This document shows positions 7,184-16,214 of a stretch of 23,297 bases of DNA, piece after piece. Under the pieces are notes generated by a model that had not been told where the DNA came from, searched no databases, and saw only the letters and a list, made by a program, of their open reading frames with translations. Source of the stretch: Candidatus Micrarchaeota archaeon (GTDB lineage Archaea; Iainarchaeota; Iainarchaeia; JAADDC01); assembly GCA_027046625.1 (NCBI GenBank), contig JALTXX010000002.1:1-23297 (forward strand), read 5' to 3'. Both the position numbers and the translations under genes were made by a program. Each line of letters starts with the position of its first letter. Within the stretch, counting starts at the first letter, position 1.

Positions 7184-8923
7184 TTACTCTCGGCCCTTCC
7201 TTATCTCCATAATTTCCTTGAGAAGTTCTTTTGTACCGGCGGGAAACAGATCCAGGTGGCGTAATATTTCCTTTGCATGCTCCTTTGGTACATCTGAATA
7301 CAGTATATCTCCTTCCTTTATGTGTCTCCCTACCACTGCTCCCTCTATGGATATGGCTACTTCGTCTCCACCCTTTACCATATCAAGACTCCTCCCCTCA
7401 CTCTGGATACTTCTTACCCTGCCTACAACCTTCCCATCTTCCCTCATAAGAGGAGTATCTGGTTTTAGTATACCTTCTATTATTCTAACACCTACAATAG
7501 CAGGATTCGAGCGCCTGAATATATATCCTGGTAAGATTTCTAGTTTTGCCGGGATGACAAGCCGTTCCAGCAGTTCTCTTTTTTCTCTTTCGCGCTCTTT
7601 TTCCACAAACTCTTCATATAACTCTAGTAGCCTGTATATTACCCTCTCTGACAGAATGAACACATTCTTTGAGAGAGCTTCTAGCTCTGCATTCCTGTCA
7701 ATATCTACATTGAATGCCAGTATCACCCTGAGGTATCTATTTCTTACCGAATCTGCCTCTACCACGTCTCTCCTTGTAACAGGACCTATCTCTGCTTTTC
7801 TTATGGGAATATTTCTATCCTTCAAAAGTTTTACCACTGCCTCCAGTGTTCCCAACGTGTCAGCCTTTACTATTACCCCTTCTCTCTCAGATGAGAATTC
7901 TACCTCCTCCATCTCCCTTTCTATGTCCTTTTCTACTCCTTCATAGTATACATAGAAAGGGGATCCGGGGATGGCATCCTCCATGCCCGGGGCAGCCACC
8001 TTTACACCTGCTGCAGCAACCACTGAAGGAACGGGCTTAAACTTATCCCTAGGGCTTCTGATCTCATCTAGTGGTTTAGGTCTAAAGATGGCCTTTACAT
8101 AGGTTTTCCTTATCCCTTCCTTGGTGAGAAATACTACACCATCCCCTCTCTTTAGAGATCCTTGATAAAGTATGACGGTTCCCGTCTTTCCTATACCCAC
8201 ATCTTCCTTTATCTCTAGTATAACACCCTTTCCAGGTAGTTTTTCATCGAGGTGTAACCTATTCTCTAGGAACCTTTGGGATAGCCCCACAAGGTAGAGC
8301 AGTAGCTCGGGGATTCCCTCGCCTGTGACACCTGAGGTGGGTATGATGAGCACCTCTTTAGTAAAATCTCTCACCCTGTCAAACCTTTCGGAGGAAAATC
8401 CCTCTGCTGCCAGGGCAGACACTATATCATACACCTTTCTATCAAGAATTTCTACCACATCCTCTCTCTGTTTTTTGAGGGAAAGGGTGATAGGAGAGTC
8501 TTCATGGGGATTCCAGCCGGGGATTGTATCCACTTTGTTGGCTGCCACAATGAAGGGAACACGGTAGGTCTTCAGAATGTTGAGAGCCTCATAGGTTTGG
8601 GGTTGAAACCCCTTGTTTATGTCTACCACTAGTACTGCAATATCTGCAATGCTGCCTCCCCTTTTTCTGAGATTGGTGAAGGCTTCGTGGCCGGGGGTGT
8701 CTATAAAAAGCAGGCCAGGAATCTTGAAGGACACTTTGATCTTTTCAAGGAGTGGTTCTGCTATCCTCTTTATCACATCTATGGGTACCTCAGATGCTCC
8801 AATGTGTTGCGTTATACCGCCTGCCTCCTTTCTCTGAACAGAGGTTCTCCTTATTCTATCTAACAGAGTTGTTTTTCCATGATCCACATGTCCTAAAACA
8901 GTTACTATGGGCTGTCTTAGCAC
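7184..8923 (-). CDS. infB: Translation initiation factor aIF5B (IF-2), no intein
   Basis: LRQPIV..LGHVDHGKT, GGITQHIGA, DTPGHEAF, NKVD and KADTLGTLEA. Confidence 0.98.
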   Translation of the reverse strand: MLRQPIVTVLGHVDHGKTTLLDRIRRTSVQRKEAGGITQHIGASEVPIDVIKRIAEPLLEKIKVSFKIPGLLFIDTPGHEAFTNLRKRGGSIADIAVLVVDINKGFQPQTYEALNILKTYRVPFIVAANKVDTIPGWNPHEDSPITLSLKKQREDVVEILDRKVYDIVSALAAEGFSSERFDRVRDFTKEVLIIPTSGVTGEGIPELLLYLVGLSQRFLENRLHLDEKLPGKGVILEIKEDVGIGKTGTVILYQGSLKRGDGVVFLTKEGIRKTYVKAIFRPKPLDEIRSPRDKFKPVPSVVAAAGVKVAAPGMEDAIPGSPFYVYYEGVEKDIEREMEEVEFSSEREGVIVKADTLGTLEAVVKLLKDRNIPIRKAEIGPVTRRDVVEADSVRNRYLRVILAFNVDIDRNAELEALSKNVFILSERVIYRLLELYEEFVEKEREREKRELLERLVIPAKLEILPGYIFRRSNPAIVGVRIIEGILKPDTPLMREDGKVVGRVRSIQSEGRSLDMVKGGDEVAISIEGAVVGRHIKEGDILYSDVPKEHAKEILRHLDLFPAGTKELLKEIMEIRKGRE

Positions 8924-8952
8924 GCTAACCTCTTGGGAAGAAGGATTTAAGT

Positions 8953-9531
8953 TTATAGAGGCTCAAACATGATATGCTCGTCCGCTCTTTTGTAGTCGTG
9001 TAGCTCCTCTTCCTTGAAGAATAACTTTATTTCTCTCTCTGCATTTTCTGCATCGCTTGCATGTATAACATTCCTTATGCTTCTGAGGGCTATGTTTGCA
9101 AAGGGATAGTTATCTATGGAGAAGTCTCCCCTTATGGTGCCTGGAGCTGCTTCCTCGGGTGAAGTGTCCCCCACCAGTTTTCTGACAACGTATATAGCTC
9201 TCGGACCCTCCAGTACCATTGCAACTATGGGGCCGCTTGTAACGTACTCCCTCAAGTCATCTATGAGCTTGGAGGCAGCCTCATCCAAATCTTCTGGAGG
9301 GGTAAGACCATACATCTCATAACTTTCCTTAATCTTTTGTTTGATCTTCTCTCTAAACTTTGGAGTATCTCTATAGTGCTCCTTTGCAAACTCTTTGGGT
9401 AATCTCATCATCTTCATACCAACGATCTTTAGCCCAGCCTTTTCAAAGCGCGAGATTATCTCTCCTATGAGCCCTCTCTTTACCCCATCGGGTTTGATAA
9501 ATACTAAAGTACGTTGTATGACTTCCTTCAC
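8953..9531 (-). CDS. ndk: Nucleoside diphosphate kinase with a ~30-residue helical insertion
   Basis: [30 protein letters not shown] and catalytic N.IHASD. The likely GTG start at 9531 overlaps the rpl24e stop (ORF open to 9543). Confidence 0.95.
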   Translation of the reverse strand: MKEVIQRTLVFIKPDGVKRGLIGEIISRFEKAGLKIVGMKMMRLPKEFAKEHYRDTPKFREKIKQKIKESYEMYGLTPPEDLDEAASKLIDDLREYVTSGPIVAMVLEGPRAIYVVRKLVGDTSPEEAAPGTIRGDFSIDNYPFANIALRSIRNVIHASDAENAEREIKLFFKEEELHDYKRADEHIMFEPL

Positions 9532-9683
9532 CTTCTCACCCACTTAAGTTTCCTTGGATTCCTGCCCATTTCCCAGCTTCTGTAGCACTTTCTGGAGCAG
9601 AAGTAGAGTACAGTACCGTCGTTTAGTACAAACATTATTCCAGTACCCCTTGGAATAGGAGAGCCACAGAAGCTGCACTTCAT
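9528..9683 (-). CDS. rpl24e: 50S ribosomal protein L24e; not in the ORF track
   Basis: Manual translation [51 protein letters not shown]. Conserved position between rps28e and ndk. Confidence 0.96.
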   Translation of the reverse strand: MKCSFCGSPIPRGTGIMFVLNDGTVLYFCSRKCYRSWEMGRNPRKLKWVRR

Positions 9684-9688
9684 ACCTC

Positions 9689-9895
9689 TCACCTTGCGGT
9701 AATCTCCTTCGCTTCGTGTTTCGTTGAGAGGAGTATCACAATATCTCCTACCCTTACCGGGCCATAGATGTTCCTTCTCTTTACTCTACCCTTCTCTGGC
9801 CCGTCAAGCAGCTTTACCATTACCTGGGTTACCTCACCTCTTACCCCTGTTCTTCCCAATATCTCAACTACCTCCGCAGGAGTACCCTCTTCCAT
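9689..9895 (-). CDS. rps28e: 30S ribosomal protein S28e
   Basis: [19 protein letters not shown] and [11 protein letters not shown]. Confidence 0.97.
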   Translation of the reverse strand: MEEGTPAEVVEILGRTGVRGEVTQVMVKLLDGPEKGRVKRRNIYGPVRVGDIVILLSTKHEAKEITAR

Positions 9896-9899
9896 CTAC

Positions 9900-10271
9900 T
9901 CACCCCTTCTTTAGGGATGCCACAGCATCTGCAATCTCCTTTACCAGAGCTTCTGCTTTGCCTGGTTCTACAATGGCAACAGATGCCGCAGATACCTCTA
10001 TACCTGCAGCATTTCCGAGCTCCTTCTTGGAAGGAACGTACACATAGGGTATATCCTTCTCCTCACAGAGTATGGGGAGATGCATCACAATCTCCTCAGG
10101 ATCTACATCCTCTGCTATTACTACAAGCTTTGCCAGCCCTCTCTCCACCATTTTGGTGGTTTCGTTGGTACCAACCCTTACCTTTCCTGTCTCCTTTGCC
10201 AGACTTACAGCTTCCAGCACCTTCTTTGCAAGCTCCTCAGGAACCTCAAATCTTACATAAGATTTTGCCAT
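9900..10271 (-). CDS. rpl7ae: Ribosomal/k-turn-binding protein L7Ae
   Basis: [33 protein letters not shown]. Start ATG10271 is preceded by SD GGAGGTGA. Confidence 0.97.
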   Translation of the reverse strand: MAKSYVRFEVPEELAKKVLEAVSLAKETGKVRVGTNETTKMVERGLAKLVVIAEDVDPEEIVMHLPILCEEKDIPYVYVPSKKELGNAAGIEVSAASVAIVEPGKAEALVKEIADAVASLKKG

Positions 10272-10292
10272 GTCATCACCTCCTTCATCGGC
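10267..10292 (-). promoter_or_regulatory. Candidate L7Ae autoregulatory k-turn/k-loop element in the rpl7ae leader
   Basis: The mRNA reads GCCGAUGA-AGGAGG-UGAUGA-C-AUG-GC, with box C/D-like GA motifs flanking the SD. Confidence 0.5.
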
Positions 10293-10369
10293 TATGATGG
10301 TATGGATGGGGAAAGATTTTAAGGGTTCCACTCCCAACACCTAATAAATCCTCCCTCCCTTTATCTTCT

Positions 10370-13300
10370 GTGGCGCGTCTCCAGAGGCTTACCCTCAAGC
10401 ACTTCAAATCCTTTAAATCTGCGACTATACCTTTATCAGAGGGATTTACAGCTATAATGGGACCTAATGGAAGTGGTAAGTCCAATATTATCGATGCACT
10501 TATTTTTGTGCTGGGAGAAGGCCGCCTAAGGATAGTGAGAGCCAACAGGCTAAAGGATCTAGTAAATATAAAAGCAAAGGATGGAGAGGCGGTTGTTTCT
10601 ATCGATATTGAGCATGAAGGGAAGACATACAATATTAGCAGAAGTATAAATAGAGCAGGAAACTCTATTTACAGGATAAATGGGAAAAGGGTTACGAGAA
10701 ATGAGGTTATATCCCTTCTTTCATCTATGGGAATCAGCCAAAGAGGTTATAATTTTGTGTTACAGGGAGAGGTGACCAGACTCATAAAGATGACGCCTCA
10801 AGAGAGGCGCCAGATCATAGATGAGATGGCTGGTGTTTCAGACTATGAACAGAAAAAGGAAGAAGCTCTTCAGAAGCTCGATGTAGTTTCCCAACGTATA
10901 AGAGAGGCTTCGATACTACTTGGAGAAAGGGAAGAGATTTTATCAAGACTGGAGAGGGAGAAAAACGATGCGCTGAGATATATGGAGCTAAAGAAAGAGA
11001 TAAACAACCTCAAAAAGAGTCTTTTAAAGAAACAAAGGGAGGAGCTGCGCTCAAGATTGAATGGAGAGGAGAGGGAGCTGAAAAGGTTAGAAGAGCTACT
11101 AACGGATATAGAAGGAAGAATTAGAAATATAGAAGAGGAACTACGCGAAAAAGAGAAAAAGGTGAGGGATTTAACGGACAAAATAACGGAAATATATGCA
11201 TCCTCGGGTGAAGGAGAATTAAATTCTATAATAAATGCTGTGGAGGGAGTGCTTAGGGAAATAGAGGATCTTGAGAGAAAGAAGGAGGAAATGGCCGCAG
11301 AGCTAACCTCCCTGGAAATAAAGGAACAGGAACTGGAGGAGGAGATACTAAGACTGAGAAAGGAACTGGAGGAGATTACCTCCAAGAGGAGGGAGAAGGC
11401 AGAGGAAGTTAACGCACTTAGATCAAGACTAAGCTCTATAGAGGATGCTATAAAGAAAGAGAAGACGGAAGCAAGTTCCATAAAGATGAGAATGGAAGAG
11501 CTTGAGCAGGCCATAGAGGAGCTAAAGGGAAAGTATTCATCCCTAAAGGAGGGGTATGGAAGGGTAGTAGGTGAGTATAATACCAAGCTATCTGTAGTAG
11601 AAAAGCAGAAGAAGCGATGGGATGAGCTAAGAAAGAAGAAGTCAAACATAGAAAAGGAGCTCAACGATCTGGAAGAGAAAAAGAGAACTATTGTGGAGAG
11701 AGAAAAATCTCTTAATGCTGAATACCAACGTCTACAAGAAGAAATAAAGTCTATAAGAGAGGAATTGGCGGAGCTAAAGGGTATGAGTGTAGCACTTAGA
11801 AATATGGGAGTGTCCCTTGAGCTTGTGGAGACACTACTTGAGGCTCAAAGAAGGGGTGAACTGAGGGGTATAAAAGGGTATGTGGCGTCCCTCATATCCT
11901 ATGATCCCAAATACAGGAGGGCCATTGAAGCTGCTGCAGGAAGAAGATTGTTCTACATCGTTGTAGAAACATTCAATGATGCTGTAGAGGCTATAAACTA
12001 TCTAAAGAGAATGGGCATGGGAAGAGCGACCTTTATTCCCCTTGACAGGATAAAACCACACCTGGCGGACGTTCCGAAAAGAGAGGGTGTGTTGGGAAGG
12101 GCTTTGGATCTTGTAAGGTATGATCCTACCCTTGAAAGGGCTATGCGGTATGTGTTTGGAGATACCATTGTAGTGGATACCCTTGAAAGGGCAAAGGGGA
12201 TAGAGGATGTGAGGGTGGTAACCCTTGAAGGAGATGTTGTAGAGCGTTCCGGAGTGTTGACGGGAGGAAGCGTAAAAGGAGAATCAGTACTCAAAGTATT
12301 TGAGTCTGAGAGAAAGAGAATAAGGTTGAAAGAGCTAGAGGAGGAGGCAAGATCTATTGTAAGGGAGCTTGAGCAGGTAAGGAAGGAGTTTGAAGATATA
12401 AGCAGCAGAATATCAAAACTCTATGCAGAAAAATCTCACATAGAGGAAGAGCTGTCGTCCTCACAGGAAGAAGACCTCTCAAAGCTAAAGGAACGGCTTG
12501 AGAGCATGGAGAAGGAGCTTACATCTATCGTAAATAGACTGAGTGATCTAGAGCAGGAGCGTGCCCTTCTTCTGAGAAGGGCAAGAAAACTAGAGGAAGG
12601 AGAATTGTTTGAAGAATATAGTAGATTAAGAAGGGAATATGAGGCAAAATTAAGGGAACTATCTGAATATGATGCTATTATTACAGAAAAGAGGCAGAAA
12701 CTTTCCTACTTGGAGGAGAGTGTTGCAGAGTTAAGGAAAAAGAAAGAAGACAATAAAATTACTATAGCACGTATAGAGGAACGCCTTAAGCAGCTAAAAG
12801 AGGAGCTTTCTAGCCTTGAAGAGAAGAGAAAGATGTTGGAAGATAAGGTAAGCAGTGCAAAGAACGAGCTGAAGGATATGTTGGAGGAGCGAGATAGATT
12901 AGAAGGGGAGATAAGAGAACTGTCAAGGGAGCTTGGTAGACTAAGAGAGGAGAAAAATGTGCACGAAAAGGAACTTATTGAAGTAAAAGCTAGAATCGCA
13001 TCCATAAGGACTCGTTTGGAGGAGGTTGAGAGAAGCTTTGAAGAACAGGAAGGAGAGGTAGTACCTCTTCCACCAAATCCAGATGATACTCTAAGGGAGA
13101 AGGAAGAACAACTGTCTTCACTGGAACCTATAAATATGCGAGCCATTGAAGAGTACGAAGAGATGAAAAAGCTGGTAGATGAGATAAAGGAGAAAATAAA
13201 GAAGTTGGAGGAGGAAAGAAAGGCAATACTAAAGCTTATTGAGGAAATAGAACAGAAAAAGAGAGAGGTGTTTATGGACACCTTCAGAGGACTTTCTAAA

Positions 13301-13717
13301 CAATTTGAAAGAGTTTACAATGAACTGGTAGGTGGAAAGGCAAGATTAAGACTTACAGAGGAAAATATAGATAAGGCAGGACTGATAATAGAAGCAACAC
13401 CTAAAGGGAAGACATTTGTAAACATGGATGCCCTCTCTGGAGGGGAGAAGGCCATGGTGGCCCTATCCTTTATCTTTGCTACAGCTATGTACAAGCCGTC
13501 TCCCTTTTATGTATTAGACGAGCCGGATCTTATGCTGGATAAGGTAAATGCAGAGCGTATGGCAAAATACATAAGGAAACTTTCCAAGAATGCCCAATTC
13601 ATCTTGGTATCTCATAGAGACGTGGTACTAAAGGAGGCAGACCAGATCATTGGTGTTTACCTCGGCCGTGACGGGAGCTCTTTGATCGAGGTGAGGGTCC
13701 CTTCGAGAGGGTCCTAA
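10370..13717 (+). CDS. smc: Chromosome segregation protein SMC
   Basis: Walker A GPNGSGKS, Q-loop, long coiled coils, hinge GRATFIPLD/TLEGD..G.LTGG, signature LSGGE, Walker B YVLDE and H-loop VSHR. Confidence 0.97.
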   Translation: MARLQRLTLKHFKSFKSATIPLSEGFTAIMGPNGSGKSNIIDALIFVLGEGRLRIVRANRLKDLVNIKAKDGEAVVSIDIEHEGKTYNISRSINRAGNSIYRINGKRVTRNEVISLLSSMGISQRGYNFVLQGEVTRLIKMTPQERRQIIDEMAGVSDYEQKKEEALQKLDVVSQRIREASILLGEREEILSRLEREKNDALRYMELKKEINNLKKSLLKKQREELRSRLNGEERELKRLEELLTDIEGRIRNIEEELREKEKKVRDLTDKITEIYASSGEGELNSIINAVEGVLREIEDLERKKEEMAAELTSLEIKEQELEEEILRLRKELEEITSKRREKAEEVNALRSRLSSIEDAIKKEKTEASSIKMRMEELEQAIEELKGKYSSLKEGYGRVVGEYNTKLSVVEKQKKRWDELRKKKSNIEKELNDLEEKKRTIVEREKSLNAEYQRLQEEIKSIREELAELKGMSVALRNMGVSLELVETLLEAQRRGELRGIKGYVASLISYDPKYRRAIEAAAGRRLFYIVVETFNDAVEAINYLKRMGMGRATFIPLDRIKPHLADVPKREGVLGRALDLVRYDPTLERAMRYVFGDTIVVDTLERAKGIEDVRVVTLEGDVVERSGVLTGGSVKGESVLKVFESERKRIRLKELEEEARSIVRELEQVRKEFEDISSRISKLYAEKSHIEEELSSSQEEDLSKLKERLESMEKELTSIVNRLSDLEQERALLLRRARKLEEGELFEEYSRLRREYEAKLRELSEYDAIITEKRQKLSYLEESVAELRKKKEDNKITIARIEERLKQLKEELSSLEEKRKMLEDKVSSAKNELKDMLEERDRLEGEIRELSRELGRLREEKNVHEKELIEVKARIASIRTRLEEVERSFEEQEGEVVPLPPNPDDTLREKEEQLSSLEPINMRAIEEYEEMKKLVDEIKEKIKKLEEERKAILKLIEEIEQKKREVFMDTFRGLSKQFERVYNELVGGKARLRLTEENIDKAGLIIEATPKGKTFVNMDALSGGEKAMVALSFIFATAMYKPSPFYVLDEPDLMLDKVNAERMAKYIRKLSKNAQFILVSHRDVVLKEADQIIGVYLGRDGSSLIEVRVPSRGS

Positions 13718-15551
13718 TCTTCCTATCTATTGCAGAGATAACGGAATTTAGCGAACCGTCATTTACCTTTTCAAGCTCCTTTCTTACTCTGAGAAGAACC
13801 TCAACTTTCCTATCCCTCTTTTTACCTCCGGATAGGGATGCAATAAGCAGTACTATTGCCAATATTAGGAGTACAACCCCAGAGTAAAACATAAGATCGT
13901 TGTTGAGCTCTTTTTTCACCACCTTCACAGAACCACCTATTTTGTACATTCTATCAATCTCTGAAGCAGCCTCCAACATTTGCAATGCAGTTCTCAGCAT
14001 CTGTATCTCCATATCCCTATTCTTACCCCTATAGGCGCCCGCAGCTTGATAATAGTAGTATCCGTGCAGCTTGTACGCCTCGGACCAGGCTCCCTTTCCT
14101 TCTACACTGTCAAGAAGGGCTTCCACTTTATCTCTCAAGACAGATTCCCTGGTGTTCTGGGCTATGTAAATACCTTTTGCAAGGGCTGCCTCCATGAGGG
14201 CCGCCGCATACCATCCCCTTTCGTATGCCATCTTTGCCCATTCCACCCTTTCCCTCACGTTGGGATTGTCCTTTATGGATAGCATATCTTCTACGTTTGA
14301 GATTACAAGCCTTGCCTGATTCTTATAGTCTCCTACAAGAGGTTCCTCCTGGTGTTTTTCCGCGTAGTCCAACAACACTTTTGCCGTTTTTAGCCAGTAC
14401 TCTGCACTTTTTAGCATACGAAGATCTGTGTTTGTAAGCGCTGTCTCTGCGCGTATGATGCGTTGTCTAGCACCTGCAAGCGCATCAAGGTTATCCCTTG
14501 TTAGTGTAATACGTTGGGCTCTTTGTCTAAGCGAGTCTAAGGTATCCTCCAGTCTCTCTCTGTACTCCTGATACACAAGGGAAGAGGTGTTTAAGATGGA
14601 AGGGTGGAGGCAGATCTCATTGAGGGTGGATACAGAAACAAGCCCAAGAAATGCATAGTTGCCTGCCGTGTATATGTAGCCCAGGTTTAATACCAATCTA
14701 GCTCTTTCAAGGTATGTCCTTGCAGACTCCCTTACTGTCTGAGAGTCCTTTTCCTCATAGAGGCACTCAAAGTTTACGGCCCTGTTTAGTTCTTCAAGGA
14801 GGCTCTCCACAGAGGAGATAAGGGGTTCTTTGTAGGATGGAGATGCCTCCTCCGGAATGAAATTTATTTCAGGTACTACTGCCTCCTCCGGAATATTCAC
14901 TTCGGGTCTTTTACCCTTAAATACTATATCCACCGCCTCTTCAAGGGTTTTTACTTCGTAAACCTCCATGTTCCATTCTTTTGCAACCTCATATATGTCT
15001 ATTGTGGTTGCACTTGGCACCCTAATACCAGGTTCTACCTCCCTTGTTCCTTCAATGCTAACATATCTCTCTCCAAAGGGGATGAGAAATAGGGTTACGT
15101 TTACCTCCCTAGCAGCTTTCAGCTTTTCGTATATGCCCCCCACCTTCCCTACGTACCCAAATCTATCTATAGTGCCTGTTGCAGAGATGTTATCTGGTAT
15201 ATCTTCTCCTCCCAGAGCTGCATATACCGCAAGAGCGATGGGCAATCCAGCAGAGGGCCCGCTTAATTCTTTCGCATTGCTCTTTATGGTAACCTTGTAA
15301 TCGTAGCTCTCAAACCGTTCTCCCCTTAAATTCACAGCCGCTCTTATAGCATTGTTTATAGACTCCTGGGTGTCAGGGCCCACAATGGAGTTTAGAGTGA
15401 GGGAAACATTGCCAGAACCGGGCAGAACCTCCACTATGAGACGGGCCGGCAACCCCTTTCCGTCCTGGGTTACTGCAAAAATATACATATCAGCGGTTGC
15501 TGCCAGTGCCATGGGAATGAGCACTATCATTAACAGCCTCCCAAAGTGCAT
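13647..15551 (-). CDS. Secreted, C-terminally membrane-anchored Lon-type (S16) serine protease lacking an ATPase domain (COG1750-like)
   Basis: N-terminal signal peptide. GPSAG (S100) and K143 have the canonical 43-residue Ser-Lys spacing, with TGTI..G.VG.VGG. A helical region and a C-terminal TM helix follow. Confidence 0.88.
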   Translation of the reverse strand: MHFGRLLMIVLIPMALAATADMYIFAVTQDGKGLPARLIVEVLPGSGNVSLTLNSIVGPDTQESINNAIRAAVNLRGERFESYDYKVTIKSNAKELSGPSAGLPIALAVYAALGGEDIPDNISATGTIDRFGYVGKVGGIYEKLKAAREVNVTLFLIPFGERYVSIEGTREVEPGIRVPSATTIDIYEVAKEWNMEVYEVKTLEEAVDIVFKGKRPEVNIPEEAVVPEINFIPEEASPSYKEPLISSVESLLEELNRAVNFECLYEEKDSQTVRESARTYLERARLVLNLGYIYTAGNYAFLGLVSVSTLNEICLHPSILNTSSLVYQEYRERLEDTLDSLRQRAQRITLTRDNLDALAGARQRIIRAETALTNTDLRMLKSAEYWLKTAKVLLDYAEKHQEEPLVGDYKNQARLVISNVEDMLSIKDNPNVRERVEWAKMAYERGWYAAALMEAALAKGIYIAQNTRESVLRDKVEALLDSVEGKGAWSEAYKLHGYYYYQAAGAYRGKNRDMEIQMLRTALQMLEAASEIDRMYKIGGSVKVVKKELNNDLMFYSGVVLLILAIVLLIASLSGGKKRDRKVEVLLRVRKELEKVNDGSLNSVISAIDRKIRTLSKGPSPRSKSSRHGRGKHQ

Positions 15552-15798
15552 GCTCTAACTCCCTCCTTCTTAGTGCTAAGAGTATAACTCCTATAAATTC
15601 TAATGCGATTATCACCGCCACTACTATGGCTACCCATGGGTGTGAAAGTATGTTCTGACTGTCAAGTATAACGGCAATAATAAGGGTGGCTAGTAGCACA
15701 GAGAGCGCCTCCATCTCCTCTCCCCAGAGGGAGAGGTAATCCACTATAAGCGTAGGTATACCTACAAACTCAGAGGGGATGTGATGCTCTCTCCTCAT
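15490..15798 (-). CDS. Small hypothetical membrane protein (2 TM helices)
   Basis: Two hydrophobic segments followed by RRR. Fills the gap between rpl12 and the protease. Start uncertain. Confidence 0.6.
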   Translation of the reverse strand: MRREHHIPSEFVGIPTLIVDYLSLWGEEMEALSVLLATLIIAVILDSQNILSHPWVAIVVAVIIALEFIGVILLALRRRELEHALWEAVNDSAHSHGTGSNR

Positions 15799-15800
15799 CC

Positions 15801-15830
15801 CAAAAATAAGAACTAATAAAAATAAAAAAC
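15801..15830 (-). terminator. Oligo-T terminator after rpl12
   Basis: The minus strand reads TTTTTTATTTTTATTAGTTCTTATTTTT just after the stop codon. Confidence 0.65.
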
Positions 15831-15831
15831 A

Positions 15832-16134
15832 TCAACCAAAGAGAGAGGCAAGACCTTCAGTGGCCTCTTCCTCCTTCTTTTCTTCCTTCTTCTCCTCTTC
15901 GGCCTTCTCCTCCTGTTTTGGTGCTTCTGCAGCTGCTGGAGCTGCAGCTGCTACAGGAACTGCAGCGCTCTGTATGGCTTCGTCGATGTTGACATCCTTG
16001 AGTGCCTCTACAAGGGCCCTTATGCGGGCTTCGTCGGGCGTAATGCCGGCGGCCTCTATTACCTTTTTCAGGTTCTCGTCGTTTATCTCCTTGCCTGCAG
16101 CATGCAGGAGGAGAGCCGCATACACATACTCCAT
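15832..16134 (-). CDS. rpl12: Ribosomal stalk protein P1 (aL12)
   Basis: [16 protein letters not shown], Ala-rich hinge and [12 protein letters not shown] tail. Confidence 0.98.
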   Translation of the reverse strand: MEYVYAALLLHAAGKEINDENLKKVIEAAGITPDEARIRALVEALKDVNIDEAIQSAAVPVAAAAPAAAEAPKQEEKAEEEKKEEKKEEEATEGLASLFG

Positions 16135-16214
16135 CCTTTCACCTCCTAGCCAAAGAGAGAGGCAAGACCTTCAGTGGCCTCTTCCTCCTTCTTTTCTTCC
16201 TCCTTCTCCTCTTC
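15836..16214. repeat. 65-bp direct repeat (15836-15900 and 16150-16214; 64/65 identical) shared by the 3' ends of rpl12 and rpl10
   Basis: Direct comparison shows 52 identical bases, 1 mismatch, then 12 identical bases. Confidence 0.9.

Noticed and set aside
10267-10292. Stand-alone C/D box sRNA upstream of rpl7ae
   Set aside because: There is no room for two guide regions and no downstream CUGA box D; a leader element fits better.
10272-10340. N-terminal extension of L7Ae in the ORF track
   Set aside because: A strong SD precedes ATG10271, and the extension runs through the promoter.
12120-12191. Short direct repeat TACCCTTGAAAGGGC seen twice, with ACCCTTGAAG nearby
   Set aside because: Encodes recurring TLERA/TLEG peptides in the SMC hinge. 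Too short and without spacer structure to be CRISPR.
10900-13300. Purine-rich quasi-repeats (GAGGAG/AAGAAG) in smc
   Set aside because: Explained by Glu/Lys/Arg/Leu coiled-coil codons; not a DNA repeat array.
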